From the human T2T-CHM13v2.0 reference genome, Homo sapiens: 64,000 bases of DNA. The position numbers and the translations under genes were made by a program. Of the stretch, positions 15,121 through 29,520 are shown one piece after another. Under the pieces are notes generated by a model. It had not been told where the DNA came from and did no database searches. It worked only from the letters and a program-made list of their open reading frames with translations. The stretch lies in assembly GCF_009914755.1 (NCBI RefSeq), contig NC_060944.1, one strand, 5' to 3'. Position 1 is the first letter of the stretch, and each line of letters starts with the position of its first letter.

Positions 15121-15193
15121 AATGAATTGATTAATTCATTAATCATTAATGAATTAATTCATTTAATTAATTCATTAATGAATTGATTAAATG
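15121..15193. repeat. AT-rich overlapping palindromes
   Basis: Perfect aatgaattaattcatt 15148-15163; 34-bp palindrome with 1 mismatch 15160-15193. Confidence 0.85.
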
Positions 15194-15244
15194 TGTATTC
15201 TTAAAAATATAGGGAATTTGGTTAGGGAACCACAGCTCTTGCGT

Positions 15245-15598
15245 TAGATGTAAATTGCTGTGTAACAAATTACAACAAACATGGCAGCTTTAAAACAATA
15301 CACATTTATAATCCCACAGTTTTTGTGGGTCAGGACTCTGGGTATGGGTTAACTGGGTTTTCTGCTCAAGATCTCCAGGCTGAAATCCAGGTGTGGGCTG
15401 GACTGCACTCTGATCCGAGTTTCAGTGTCCCTTCCAGTTCACTGGTTGTTGGCGCAATTCATTTCCTTGCAGCGGTAGAACTGAGAATCCCTTTTCTGCT
15501 CACCGTCCTCCAGGGACAGCTTTCCACCCCTAGGGGGCGCCCACAGTTCCTTGCCATGTGGCTTTCCTAGACCATTCACAATGTGACGTTTACTTTCT
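15245..15598 (-). mobile_element. MLT1 (MLT1E-like) LTR fragment
   Basis: attgctgtgtaacaaattac...cacagtttttgtgggtcagga...cccacagttccttgccatgtggc. Confidence 0.75.
15524..15542 (+). promoter_or_regulatory. Candidate CTCF motif
   Basis: ccacCCCTAGGGGGCGCcc is close to core CCASYAGRKGGCRS and retains its CpG; binding unproven. Confidence 0.4.
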
Positions 15599-15599
15599 C

Positions 15600-16035
15600 T
15601 TTTTTAATCTTTTTTATTATTATTTTTAATTGACGCAATAATCGTATATATTTATAGGTTAGAGCTTGATATTTTGATGAATGTATACAATATAGAAGAT
15701 CAAATCAGGATAATTAGCATATCCATCATCTCAAATAGTTATCATTTCTCTGTGCTGGGAACATTCAGAGTCCACTCTTCCAGTGATTTGAAAATATACA
15801 GTAAATTGTTAATGATAGTCACCCTATAGTGCTGCAGAACACTAGACCTTGTTCCTCCTATCTAGCTGTTTACCCACCTTGGTTTTCCCTCCTGCCCCTA
15901 CTCTACCCACCGTTCCCTGCCTCTGGTAACCATTATTGTCCTCTGCTTTTATGAGGTCATTTTTTTTAGCTTCCATATATGAATGAAAGCATAGAGCATT
16001 CATGCTCATGAAAGATGAGATTTATCTTTCTGTGC
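15600..16035 (-). mobile_element. L1MA 3' end
   Basis: ttttaattgac...caaatcaggataattagcatatccatcatctcaaa...ctctggtaaccattattgtcctct. Confidence 0.8.
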
Positions 16036-16434
16036 TAGACTCCCAAAGAAACAGGATCAGCACCTGACAACCGCTGAGCTTTCTTTTGACCTTTGGATAG
16101 TAGTTGACAGTTTGTTTTCCTTCTGCAGGTTCATTGCTAGGATTTCCCCATAATGCATGTGTTCCAGTGGGGAATGTGGCACATCCCAGGCAAGGTCACT
16201 GAGGATTTTTGAGCAATCATTTTCTCCAGGTCACTGTGGTCACCGGGGCATAGAAGGTGAAATGCTCCAGTCTGTAACTGGTCTAGATTGGTAGTGATGG
16301 AAAAACATTCTTATTGTCAGTGCCCAGCCACTGGGCGGTGGGGGGGGGAATGCCAGCTGGCAGGGGCACTGAGAACAAAACCAAATGGATAGTACGATGA
16401 AGCAAGGATCACCAGGTGCATAAAAGGAGAAACA

Positions 16435-16600
16435 ACTACCATTTATCGAAGGCCAGTAATGTGCCAAGCATTGTGCCAAGTGCTCTTTTTGCAGATGAGA
16501 AAACTGAGTCTTGGAGGTTTTATAGCTCATCCAACGTCACACAGCTAGGACACGGTACCAGGGTACAAATATAGACTAACACAAAACTCAAGTTGGAACA
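16435..16600 (-). mobile_element. MIR
   Basis: ttttgcagatgagaaaactgagtc...gtcacacagctag. Confidence 0.65.
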
Positions 16601-18069
16601 CAATGGTTGCACATTAAATCATTATGTAATGCAAAGAGCTGGCCTAGAAGATGGTAATAAAATGGCTTACATAGTCCCTGTCGTGCTGGAAAAGTGGTAT
16701 TTATAAGCAAGAGCTAAGCTTGCCTTTAAATTTGTCAAGCTTTGGAATTGAGTTACTGTTTCTGGACATGTGTCACACCTATACATTGAGATGATATTCT
16801 CTTTGCTTGGCAAAATAACGAATAAGCAATTGTAAAGTCTTTTGATTTTTGTAGGGAACTATCATAAGCCTTCCTGATCCTCCCTAATCAGCAGGCTAAG
16901 TCAGTTTGCTGCCATACATAGAAGGAGCAGGTTTTGGAAGAGACAGTTGCCAGCTCTGCCGGTTTTTATGTTAGTGTTCAGTTAGCTCACCTATAAAATA
17001 TGGATAATATCCGCCAGATTGTAAGACTCGAATGAATGATTTAAGTTCAGTGCTTAGTAGGTATTCATGGCTATAATATCCTCACTGGTGTAGCAGAGAA
17101 GAGGAAAAAGCAATTTATTCTAACCGTGGATGCTGAGCTGTGTATGAAATGTGACTTGATTTTTTTGGGCAGTGGAGCAGTGGGGGTGGGTAGCTGCTAT
17201 CTTCCAGAAAGGGAAATGTGTGGGATGATGAAGAAAGTACTAAACTCTGTACCCAAGAACTCTGTTCACCATCTTCCCACTGGCCTCTGGGCCTCAGTCT
17301 TCTAATGTGTTAAAATGAGGCTTTTTTAGATAAGGTGAGGTCTGCAGGGTATTTGTTCCAAAGGATGGGTGTAGGGGGTTAATAATTAAAGCATGCTGTG
17401 ATCCAATTAGGGAAACAATTGCAAAGCAAATTAAACAGATTATTGTTATTATCCTTAGACTTCTCAGAACCTTTAATGTGCCAATGTGTGTGCTAGCTCT
17501 CCTAGAAGGGGCGTGGTAGAGAGTTTCCCAAAGTAATTTGAAAGATGCATTAGAAACATTTTATTTCCATCATCCCCAAAGCTCCTCTTGACCTGAAATT
17601 CTATGATTCTAATATCTACGTCATGTAGAATGGCTGGTTCTTTAGAGGACAGTAACAACATTTTTCTAGTTTTGACTTAGGATTTTGGATAAGGCAAATT
17701 CTACTTCCTGTTACCTCTGGAGACATACGCAGTCATTCAGTTATCTCTCTTGCCTTTGAACTGGGTATACATATTCAGTTGGATTATTTATCTCTGGATT
17801 TGAAAGGATTGCATTTAATTTTGAATCAAGGGGAAAGTGATCGTGGTGTTCTGAGTCACTAGTGAAGCCAGTTACAAGCCAGCCTCAAAGCAAGCACAGT
17901 CTTGCACTGATTAGGAAACGTTGAGAGAAGATGGCAGCCAGAAATATTTGAAGCTTTAACACCAAACAGTTGTGACAGCAAAGGTCTCCAATTTTTGCTT
18001 TTCATCTTAAAATTATCTTTATTTATAATATTTTTAAATGATGGAACTACTAAACTGAAAAATAGTGAA

Positions 18070-18480
18070 AGCTACTAATTATTAAAGTGCTTACCATGTG
18101 CTGTTGCTATTCTAACTGCTCTTCTTGCATTATAGCCTCAGTTTCATCCCTGAGAGACAGGTCCTATTTTCTCCATTAGCCAGGCAAGGAAATGGGCAGA
18201 CAAAGCAGATTTTCTGAAGTTACACAGCTTAGAGGAGAATGGTCCAAATCCCGCCTTCATCAGTTCCTGGCCATGTGGCTCTGGCCAACTGGCTTATTTG
18301 CTTTAAGGTTTGTTAGCTCTTCTACAAAACTGGAATAATAATGAATAATAATAACAATGATAATAGTTTCTAAATGACGAGGTCGTTGTGAGGATTAAAC
18401 AAGCTATTATATTTATGGAATGCAGTGTTGCCTGCACAGTCAATACTCAAAATCTGCTAGCTATTATTTTAAAATTATGG
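18070..18480. mobile_element. Two adjacent MIRs in opposite orientation
   Basis: Minus copy ~18070-18240 (gtgcttaccatgtgc...gttacacagct); plus copy ~18240-18480 (gttgtgaggattaaa). Confidence 0.6.
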
Positions 18481-18739
18481 TTATTATTACTATATTGACA
18501 TGTATGTTAGGAAGCTGTTATTCTATCTCAGAGATAATGCTTTTAATATAAAATATAAATATAATTGTGTGTATATGGGATAGGTATAAATCTTAAGCTA
18601 TTAATTCACTGTTATGCCTTTTTAAAGTGTGTAGATTATGTAGTCATAAGTTAATACCTATAGCTTTCATTCTTTTTCCAATGAAATAAAGCTGTTCATT
18701 AAGAGCGTCATGTGAACCAAAAATTTGGAATAAAATCAT

Positions 18740-19375
18740 ATTGAATTGTACCAGAGTAGGAACTCTCATAGAGTACTGGTGGGCATTTGAAGTTGCAAAA
18801 ACCATGGAGAGGGAATAATTTGGCAAGATCTAGTAAGGAGGAGGCTGTGCATGCCTGTGACCTAGTAATTAATATCCTGGAGGGACTCACACATGTATAC
18901 AAGGAGACTTGGGCAGGAATGTTGGTGGCAGAAGGATTTGAGATAGTAAAAAATGGAAACCAACTGAAGGTTCAGCAACTAGATAAAACAAATGAATTAG
19001 AGCTCTAAGTACTGGCAAGGTAATATCATAAAAGTAAAATATTGAATTAAAAGGAAATTACAGGAAAATATATGCAGAATAAAATCTGCAAACAGTATCA
19101 TAAAACTGATCATGAACATATTCGTATATTGCAAAAATATCATACAAGCTTGAAATAGTGAATACCAAATTCTTGAATTCAGAATGGCTGTTGTTTCTGG
19201 ATAAGGAGGAACAAAGATGGGTTTGCTGAAAAGAAGGCAGTGCAATTCAACTGCATCTGGGATGTGATTTTTATGAACGTGTTGGGGCATGAATGACCAA
19301 TGCCAAGATTTGACAAAGCTGGATGGTGGCTGCTTTTTTGTATGCTTGAAATGTTTCATAATTGTAAAAAAATCC
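18740..19375 (+). mobile_element. L1ME-like 3' fragment
   Basis: ggaactctcata..actggtggg...aatttggcaagatctagtaa...aatggaaaccaactgaa...tatgcttgaaatgtttcataat. Confidence 0.55.
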
Positions 19376-20502
19376 CATTTTATTACTTGTTTTGCCTTCT
19401 CTCCTCTTTTTGTCTTCATCTGTTTCATAGTTTCAACAGACTTAGCACCTTATGTCTAGGTGTACGTTTTGAGGGGACAGCAATTTTTTGTGCTACAAAC
19501 TTTCTGTAAGAGGTCTTGGACTTAGGGATTCCAGTTCTCAGTGTTAGACCTTGTTTTCTGCTGGGTTCAGATGAGAGGTCATACAGTGCAAGCTGGGGCC
19601 CAAGTTGAGTTAATTATTTAATAAGGCTTCCACTTAGTCTGTGTAAACTCCACGAGCTCTCCTGATGGCCAACTCATTCACACTCCTTGGCTCACAGAGG
19701 GTTCAGAAGGGCCAGGAGGTGAGACAGTTGGTGAGAACAAACGGCATCCTTCCCTGCTGTTTATCAGTGCTTCTGCTGCTTGCTCAAGTAATCAACAGCA
19801 TAGGTAGGGCTTAAAGAGGAAATCCGGTGCCTGCAGAATTATGACTGACCTATTGAGGAAAGGTTCAGAGAGGCTGGGGAGTTTGTGACCTTCCGGTTAA
19901 AGTGTGACTTCAACCAAGGCAGACCAGGAGGGTGGGTGAGGCATCCAGTTCATAGATGAGATCAGTGTCAACGGGTACAAATCCAGCAGGGTGACTCCAT
20001 GCGTGTGTGTGTATATGTGAATAACACAAAGCATGTCATGAAATAGACGCATTAAATCTGAAGTATGTAATGTTGTATATAATGTCTTAAAAGTTCCCAA
20101 CTCAGCACACCATGAAATGTCTAACCATGACAATTAAACAATGAAATGGCTCGACAGGAAGGGCTTTTGCATTCCTTACAGAACTTACATTCCAAAAAAG
20201 CCAGGTGGAGACATAAAACAATCCTTCCTCATAGATGGTTTGTGTTGTGTTGGTTTATTTTATTTTATTCTATTTTATTTTGATAAGAACATGTAATATG
20301 AGATCTACCCTCTTAACAGACTTGTAAGTGTACAGTAGAATGTTGTTATCTATGGCACAATGTTGTACATGGGTCTCTAGGACTTACTTATCTTGCATAA
20401 CTGAAATTTTATATTTGTTGATTAGCAACTCCCATTTCCTCCTCCTTCCAAACCCTGTTAACCTACATTTTATTCTTCATTTTTATGAGTTTGACTGTTT
20501 AG

Positions 20503-20926
<424 letters not shown>

Positions 20927-21017
20927 GGATTTCCTTCTTTTTAAAGGCTGAATTATATTCCGTTGTATGTGTGTGCATGTCTATGGAATATAATTATACA
21001 TGTACACACATACAATG

Positions 21018-21019
<2 letters not shown>

Positions 21020-21061
<42 letters not shown>
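21020..21061. repeat. (TA)n microsatellite
   Basis: Direct observation. Confidence 0.95.
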
Positions 21062-21728
21062 CACATTTACTTTATCCATTTACCCTTTGATGGATATTTA
21101 GGTTGTTTCCACATCTTGGCAATTGTGAATAACATTGCTATGAACACAGTAGTGCACATACCTCTTCAAGATCCTGAATTGAATTCTTTTGGATAAATAC
21201 TCATAAGTGGGATTGCTGGATCTTATTATGAAGCAAAATTAGACAAGTGGGACTACATCAAACTAAAAATCTTCTGCACATCAAAGGAAACAATAATAGA
21301 GTGAAAGGCAACCTACAGAATGGGAGAAAATATTTGCAAATTACATATCCAATAAGAGTTAATTTCCAAATATATAACTTCTACAACTTAATACCAAAAA
21401 AGAATTACCTGATTAAGAGACGAGCTAATACTTTAATAAATATTTCTCCAAAGAAGACATACAAATAGCCAACAGGTATGTGGAAAGATATTCATCACTA
21501 ATCATCAGGGAAATTCAAATAAAAGCCATGAGGTATCCACCTCACACCTGTTAGGATAGCCTTTATAAAAGAAAAAAAAAACCACTTGTGTGCTGTTGGT
21601 GGGAATGCAAAATGGTGTGCAGCTTCTATGAAAAATAGTATGGAAGTTTCTGGAAAAAGTAAAACTGGAATTACCATATGGTCCAGTCATCCACTTCTGG
21701 GTTTATTTGTTTTAAACACATGCATGTG

Positions 21729-21730
<2 letters not shown>

Positions 21731-21766
<36 letters not shown>
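21731..21766. repeat. (CA)n microsatellite
   Basis: Direct observation. Confidence 0.95.
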
Positions 21767-21767
<1 letters not shown>

Positions 21768-23020
21768 CCTTTTTCCTTTTTAGCTTATTTATTTTGTTTC
21801 ATATGAGGAATTGAGAAAGCACCATGGGGTACTGGAGCCATGGTGGTGATAGCTTTCTAGAATTATCTGAGACTAACTGTGTGGTCAGAGGCATTTCTCA
21901 TCTTTGTTCTTGGGCCAGTTGGTCTGACGAGGTGAGAAGCTGGATGGGGAGCCCCCTCTTCAGGGAATTCTATTTCCCACTTCAAGAGTGAACCGTAGTC
22001 GTCAGCCCATGGGCTTTGGTGTCTGAGAGATGTGAGTTCAATTTGGGCTCTTTCCAGTTCTACAACTTGATGCAAGTTACTCCTCTGAGCAATAATATTC
22101 CCAGCTTAATTAATAAATTAATTAATAAATGCTCAATAAAAATTATCTTATTACTGTTATTATTTTATTAATTTCATTTGTAAAGCAAGTCTTCTATGTA
22201 ACCTTCCAGTGAAATCAGGAAAGACCCTACTGTCATAATTTAAAACAAGTTTTGTAAAACTTAATTTTCATTCCTTTATCATTGGTAACATTCACATGGT
22301 TCAAAAGTTACTAAGGCTATCTTCCCCAGGGCCTTCCATGGAGGCCTTCACTGTGTTATGCCTTTTTAAAGTGTGTAGATTAGGAATATGCAAACAAACA
22401 AGCACATACATGTACCAGGTAGTTACTTACTAAGTAGACTATGTGAGCACTTTGCTTTTTTTGGTCACTTAATGTTTCTGGGAGATATTTCCTTTTTGTT
22501 ACATAAGAGGTGAAGTCATTCTTTTGTATGACTGTGTTGTTTGACAAATGGATTCTTTTGATTTTTTGACTTTTCTTTCAGTCTTCTTTTGCAGTGGAAT
22601 ACCTAGGAGTTGTGTTGTATTTCTTCATTTTACTCATTTATTTTTCTTGTCTGTGCCTCTTGCACTAGCTGAGCCTTGATTCCATCATGATCGAGGGATT
22701 CCACCAAATTCACTATTTGAGAAGCCCTGTGGTGTGATGCATATCAGGGTATATGCCCCAGGAAGGTGAGTTTCATAATCAACGTTGCTGATTACAATCA
22801 ATGTTTCATAATTAATCTACTCAGGAAATAATTTCTGAGCATCTATTATATGCCAAACACTGTTCTCTAGGCTCCAGGGACACAGAAGAAAAGATGATAT
22901 GGCCCCTGACCCCGTGGAGTTTATGGTGGAGCAAGGGAGCTATAAAGTCATGTAGTAACTACAAAAAAAGCCTGGCAGATGTCGTGGTGGGTAAATAGAG
23001 GAGGCCTTAAGCATATAGGG

Positions 23021-23211
23021 CAGTGGTTATCAAACCTCAGTGTGTCTTAGTATTCCTTGGAAAGCTTGTTAAAATTCAGATGACTGGGCTGCACTCCCCA
23101 GAGATTTAGATAAAGTGTGTTTATGCTGGGGCCCAGAAGCTACATTTTTACTAAGCACCACAAGGGATTCTGGTGCAGGCTGTTCTGTAGACCTCATTCT
23201 GAGAAGTACTG
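23021..23211. mobile_element. MER5A
   Basis: cagtggttatcaaac...cttgttaaaattcagatgactgggc...tctgagaagtactg. Confidence 0.75.
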
Positions 23212-23236
23212 GACTAAAGGTTAGTAAAGAAAGGTG

Positions 23237-24100
<864 letters not shown>

Positions 24101-24193
24101 GAAGCCTTCCTGGAGAAGGTGAGGGCTAAGCTGAGATCTAAGAAATGAACATGAATTTGCCATGTAAAGAAGGTAGCAAAAGATCTTCTAGTC

Positions 24194-24546
24194 CATTACT
24201 TCTCGAAGTGTGGCCCACAGACTGGTGTCTGTCTGCAGACTGTTTATCGTCAGTCCCCATCAAGATAGGCACAGAAATTCAGTGTTTAAACTTTATGTGG
24301 CAATTTGACATTGTAACGACACCCCAGCATGTGATTAGTGGATTCATCAGTGGACTCATCTATACTGTCTGAGCTTGGTGTAGACCTGCTTGGGTGATGT
24401 TAAATTCATGAGGGCATCACATGTGACACAAACTGCACCCTTGTCCTGTATCAAGATCACATGTATGTACAGGATGGATTGGAAGTTAAGTCCAGCAAAA
24501 AGTCCCAGTGCTGGTTCTGCCCCAAAGACGGGTTTGGGGAATATTG
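24194..24546. mobile_element. hAT-Charlie family non-autonomous element
   Basis: 8-bp TSD ttctagtc/ttctagac; ca..cttctcgaagtgtgg and tttggggaatattg termini. Confidence 0.6.
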
Positions 24547-25119
24547 TTCTAGACAGAGGTACAAGAGGACAGCTGCTTTGGAGGAACTGGAAGAGGTTTA
24601 GTGTGATATGGGGGCCTAGGGTATGAGAATGCAAGTAGTAGGCTGTAACCTGGAACAGAAAGTAAGGCGGGCAGGTTGCCACCTGATTGAGAAATTTAGA
24701 CCTTGTGCAAGTGGCTATGGAAATCCACTGAGGGAACTTAATTGATGTTTTTAGGCACGAGGCCCTTGTGTTTAGAAATTCATTATAACCCTCCTGTGTA
24801 GTTGGGTTTCCCTGTTACCTGCAGTCTATTTTCAAAGCCAGGTAAGAGTTGAGGAAGTAGCAAGATTATGAATTCCCCTAAGGGTTTACTGTTTATCCAG
24901 TGGTTTGCTTGATTCCTCCATGGGCTTCTCCCATGACGGCCCCTCCTCTCTGAGGTGGTGCTTGTGAGGGTTTGTACCTCCTCTGGCTACAAACCCTCAT
25001 TCACACCCACCTGTCTATTCCTGTTGGTAGATAAGCCCTGGCTCTAGCTTGGGACTCAGGCCTCATGCATCTCCTTTTAAAACAAATGCTCTTAGTGTTT
25101 TCCACATACCATAATGCTT

Positions 25120-25855
25120 TGAAAAAAAAATTCAATATTTTATTTAAAAAATTTCAAACTATAGGAAAGTTAGTAGAATAACAATATAAATACGTTTTTA
25201 CTTTTCATCTAGATCCTTCAAATTGTTATCATTTGGCACATTGGTTTCTCTCCTTATAACAGATACTGTATATTATGTAATATATGTAATATATAATGAT
25301 ATAATATATGCACACTTTTTTCTGCTAAATCATTTGGGAATAAATGGCAGATATTATGCCCATTTACTCCTAAAAACTTCAGCATGTATCTTCTAAGGGC
25401 AAGGGTATTCTCTTACATAAGCACATGCACTGATCACGTTAAAAACATTTAACATTGCTACAATGCTATCATCAGTAGAGTCCATATTCTGATTTGCTCA
25501 ATTGCTCCCAAAATGCTATCTTAAGCAGTTAATTATCTGACCTAGGATCCAGGGTCACATATGGTATTAGTTCTCTTCAGTCTTCTTTATTCTAGAATAG
25601 TGTCTTAGCCCTCCTTTGTTTTTTCTGATACTGACAATTTTGAACAGTACAGGCCAGTCATTCTGTAGGATGACCCCCAGTTTGTGTTTGTTTTCTGGTT
25701 CTTTCCTCCTGATTAGATTCAGGTTAAATAGTTTGACAGAAAAACTGTAGGAATAGTATTGTGTTCTTGGTGAATCATATTCCAGGGTGTACAGTGCCAG
25801 TTTGTCCCTTTATTGGCAATATGCATTTTGGCTGCTTGGTTAGGTGGGGCTTTGC
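25120..25855 (-). mobile_element. L1MC-like 3' end
   Basis: aaaatttcaaactataggaaagtt...cttcagcatgtatcttctaagggcaagggtattctcttacataa...gattagattcaggttaaa. Confidence 0.7.
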
Positions 25856-26019
25856 AACTTTCAAGATGCAAGTCCCTGGAATAAGTTTATTGCCATGATT
25901 GTTTCCTTGGGTACAAGGGTTGCCTTAGAGTATGTCTTTCTCTGGGAAGGCCCTTCTTTACTCCTTTCTAAGAGGGCGGGTCTCTGCCAGCTCTGCCTTA
26001 GGACACATGATCAATCGGT

Positions 26020-26990
26020 CAGGTGACTTCTCCCATCTCCAAGAGCCTGTGTTCTAGTGAGGAGAGACAGGCAGTAAACATGTAAATGTAAATGATCAGA
26101 ATAAATGAGTCAATTCCAGATTATGATAAGTGCTGTGAAGGAAATAAAACAAAGGAATGGGACAGGGTTAGGTAGGGGAAAGTTGCCATCCATAAAACCA
26201 AGTTCCTGCCCTCCTGGGGTACCCATTGCAATGGGGGACATCAAGGATAACAAACATATATATAGCAAGTCAGGTAGTGCTGAGTGCTGAGTGCCCTGAG
26301 GAGGAATGAAGTCTGTAAGGAGAGAGGAATATCCTGAAGGATTCTACAGAGGGGGCAGAGAAAACGTCGTTCAGGAAGTGACAGTTGAGTGGAGAAAGAA
26401 ATAAAGCAAGGACAAGCCCTGTGAGACTCTTGGGGGAGAGTGGGGCAGGCAGAGGCACCTGGTGGGCACAGAGTTGGAGGCAGCAGCTCTTAGTGCAGTG
26501 AAGGAAAAGAAAGAGGCTGGGCTGGTTTGGGAAGTGGGCTAGAGTGAGGAATGGGCTGGAGTAGGGAGTGGGCTAGAGTGAGGAGTGGGCTGGAATAGGG
26601 AGTGGGCTGGAGTGAGGAGTGGGCAGGAGTGGGTAGTGGGCTGGAGTGAGGAGTGGGCAGGAGTGGGGAGTGGGCTGGAGTGAGGAGTGGGCAGGAGTGG
26701 GGAGTGGGCTGGAGTGGGGAGTGGGGAGTGGGCTGGAGTTGGGAGTGGGGAGTGGGCTGGAGTGGGGAGTGGAGAGTGAGTTGGAGTGGGGAACCAAGGT
26801 GGGGCCAGGGCCAGACCCTGGAGGCTTTTCAGACCTTTTTCAATGGTAACGACATTGGCTTTTATATTCATATAGAGTTTGGGAAACCGTTGGGGTGTTG
26901 AGAGCAGGGAGAGGCATCATCCACGTTTTAAAAGTATCAGCTAGGCCACTTTGTAGAGAAATTGATGAGGTGGGAAGGATTGGGTCCAAG
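26020..26990 (-). mobile_element. L2 fragments
   Basis: gataagtgctgtgaaggaaataaaaca; ggaagtgacagttgag; gggaaaccgttggggtgttgagagcaggg. Confidence 0.6.
26532..26791. repeat. G-rich ~17-bp minisatellite (GAGTGGGCTGGAGTGRG), about 15 units
   Basis: Direct observation; explains the repetitive ORFs at 26539-26901. Confidence 0.9.
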
Positions 26991-27370
26991 GTCAAAGTCA
27001 GGCATCTAATTCCATTTCAAATCCTAAGTTTCGGGATGTATGGGAAAAAGAGACACGGGAGAGGGAGAGAAGTGGCCTCTTGAGATCCAGAACACCAGAC
27101 CAGGGAGAGGCCAGCAGGCTCTGTCTCAGATAAGGGGCAATTTCTGTGGTCAGCCAAAGCCGCATTTGAATCTCAAAGCAGAAAACCCAGTATCTGGAAG
27201 AAAAACGAAGGGGGCTCCATGGGAACCGTGACCTTGTTCTGTTCACCTGTGCCTCCCCAATGCCCACTAAGGGATGCTCAACAAATAAATAGATGGATGG
27301 ATGGCTGAATGAATGATGCAACACATTAGCTTCTATTATTATTAATGTTCAAGTATGGAAACCCATCTCC

Positions 27371-27958
27371 TGAGGGTGAATTTGCACCATGTCAATTTAG
27401 CTAAAGTGGGACTACGTTTCCCGGAGTTTGCTTTCTTCTCTATCCCCTGCTGGGAGTTGCCTGCAAGAGAAATGTGCACGTGACTTAGAAGAGGGAAGTG
27501 AGGAGCCGGCAGTTTGAAGCATCTGGGGGTCAGCATGGAACCAACATGTTCGCAGCTGCCGCAAGCTGTGGCAGGTCAGCAGGCTCATCTTCTTGGCGCT
27601 GGGCAGTGGCTCCGTTCCTGGCTCCTGAAGCCCCTGTTGACCAACTCCTTCTGGTCTTCAAATCCTGGTCCAGGCAGATGTGTAACTGCATGGTGAGGAG
27701 GCTCCACCGCTCATGCAGGTCACATGCGTGGTTGAGATCAGAGACCACGAGAAAAGTCACAGCTGCAGTGTATCACGAAGGTTTCATGCTGTTCTTTAGC
27801 CTTCCTACTTCATGCCCATCTTCTCGACAGCCGGTTCTGCTGACTTCAGCTGACTTCAGGAGCGGCTCCCACAGTCATACAAAACCTAATCTCATAAAAT
27901 ACCCCTTCAAACTCACTCATCCTGGTCCTGCTTCCCTGACCAAATCCTGAGGATGAGA
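27371..27958 (+). mobile_element. MLT2F-like ERVL solo LTR
   Basis: atgtcaatttagctaaagtgggactacgtttcccgga... to ctgcttccctgaccaaatcctga. Confidence 0.7.
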
Positions 27959-28328
27959 CTGGATTTAAGTATTTCTCAACCTTGGAGCTTCTTGGGCTTT
28001 GCTATTGCAAATGTTAAGTAAGAATATTAATTTTAAAGGCATGTTTATCAAAATAACTGATCAACTCAGCTATTTTAATACCAGCGATTCTCACCTAAAC
28101 ATACGGAATTGTTTTCAAATGGGTGAATATGTTTCTCTTCAAGTTTTATAGATGTTTGGTAAGAAAGCAAGTTTTTCTTTTTTAAATTGTTTGCCTAAGA
28201 GGGATATAAGGAAATGTCTGTGTTCGATTTTGCAATATGTGTGCGAAATGACTTTGCAGTGAGTCGTGGAGGTGATGAAGTTCAGCTGGCAATCATTGGC
28301 AGACCCCGCCGCCCCCCCGCCACCCCCA

Positions 28329-28330
<2 letters not shown>

Positions 28331-28381
<51 letters not shown>
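28331..28381. repeat. (AC)25 microsatellite
   Basis: Direct observation, uninterrupted. Confidence 0.97.
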
Positions 28382-28384
<3 letters not shown>

Positions 28385-28514
28385 CCCCTGCTTGGGAGCT
28401 GTGACCTTTAACTGAGTTCCTGAGATTAAAGTTTAGTCCTAGTTTGAGGCTAGACCTAAAAGATTTTAATTTTTCAGATATATGGGGGAAAGAGACCTGA
28501 AAGAAGGAGAGAGA

Positions 28515-28927
<413 letters not shown>

Positions 28928-29229
28928 TCAATCATGCTGTGTAACCAGAAGCAATTGATGCTGCATCTTCAAGTCTTGATGTCCTGGTTTAGAATGTGGG
29001 TGATAATCATTTCTCCATGTTTGCAAAGGTCAAATAGGACTGTATACCAAGGACTCGGCACAGCATCTGGTGCCCAGTGCAGCAGACAAGGGATGCCTGA
29101 CTTTGACCTTGCTAGGTGACCTGTTAAATAATTTTTCTGTGCCTCAGTTTCCTCATCTGTAAAATGGGGCCTACTAATAGTATCCACTTGATAACATTTT
29201 CATGAACATGAAATGAATAAATGGTGTGG

Positions 29230-29520
29230 TTAGGATGGCAAACACTAGATTCAAATCCTGGCTCCAACACTTAATTGCTGTGTGACCTGGAGAAAATTAC
29301 TTAACATTTCTGAATCTCAGTTTCTGACCTACATAAAATGAGTCTGGTAATAACAGTTACCATAGGGCTGTTGTAGGAGTTAAACGCCAGCATGTATGCA
29401 AAGCAGTTAGCAGAGCCTAGTGCATAGAAAGTGCACGTTGTGCACATGTACCCTAGAAGTTAAAGTATAATAAAAAAAAGAAAGTGCTCAGTAAATACTG
29501 TTTATTAGTATTGCTGTCCT
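29230..29520 (+). mobile_element. MIR
   Basis: ttcaaatcctggctccaacactta..gctgtgtgacctggag...gtgctcagtaaata. Confidence 0.75.
29432..29478 (+). mobile_element. ~45-bp L1PA 3' terminus
   Basis: tgcacgttgtgcacatgtaccctagaagttaaagtataat plus A tail; TSD agaaagtgc (29426, 29479). Confidence 0.85.

Noticed and set aside
26539-26901. Repetitive Pro/His/Ser and Gly/Trp/Glu ORFs; possible CRISPR-like array
   Set aside because: Translations of a tandem minisatellite; no unique spacers and no cas genes; DNA is human.
27498-27950. 150-aa ORF
   Set aside because: Lies wholly inside the MLT2F-like LTR; no protein similarity recognised.
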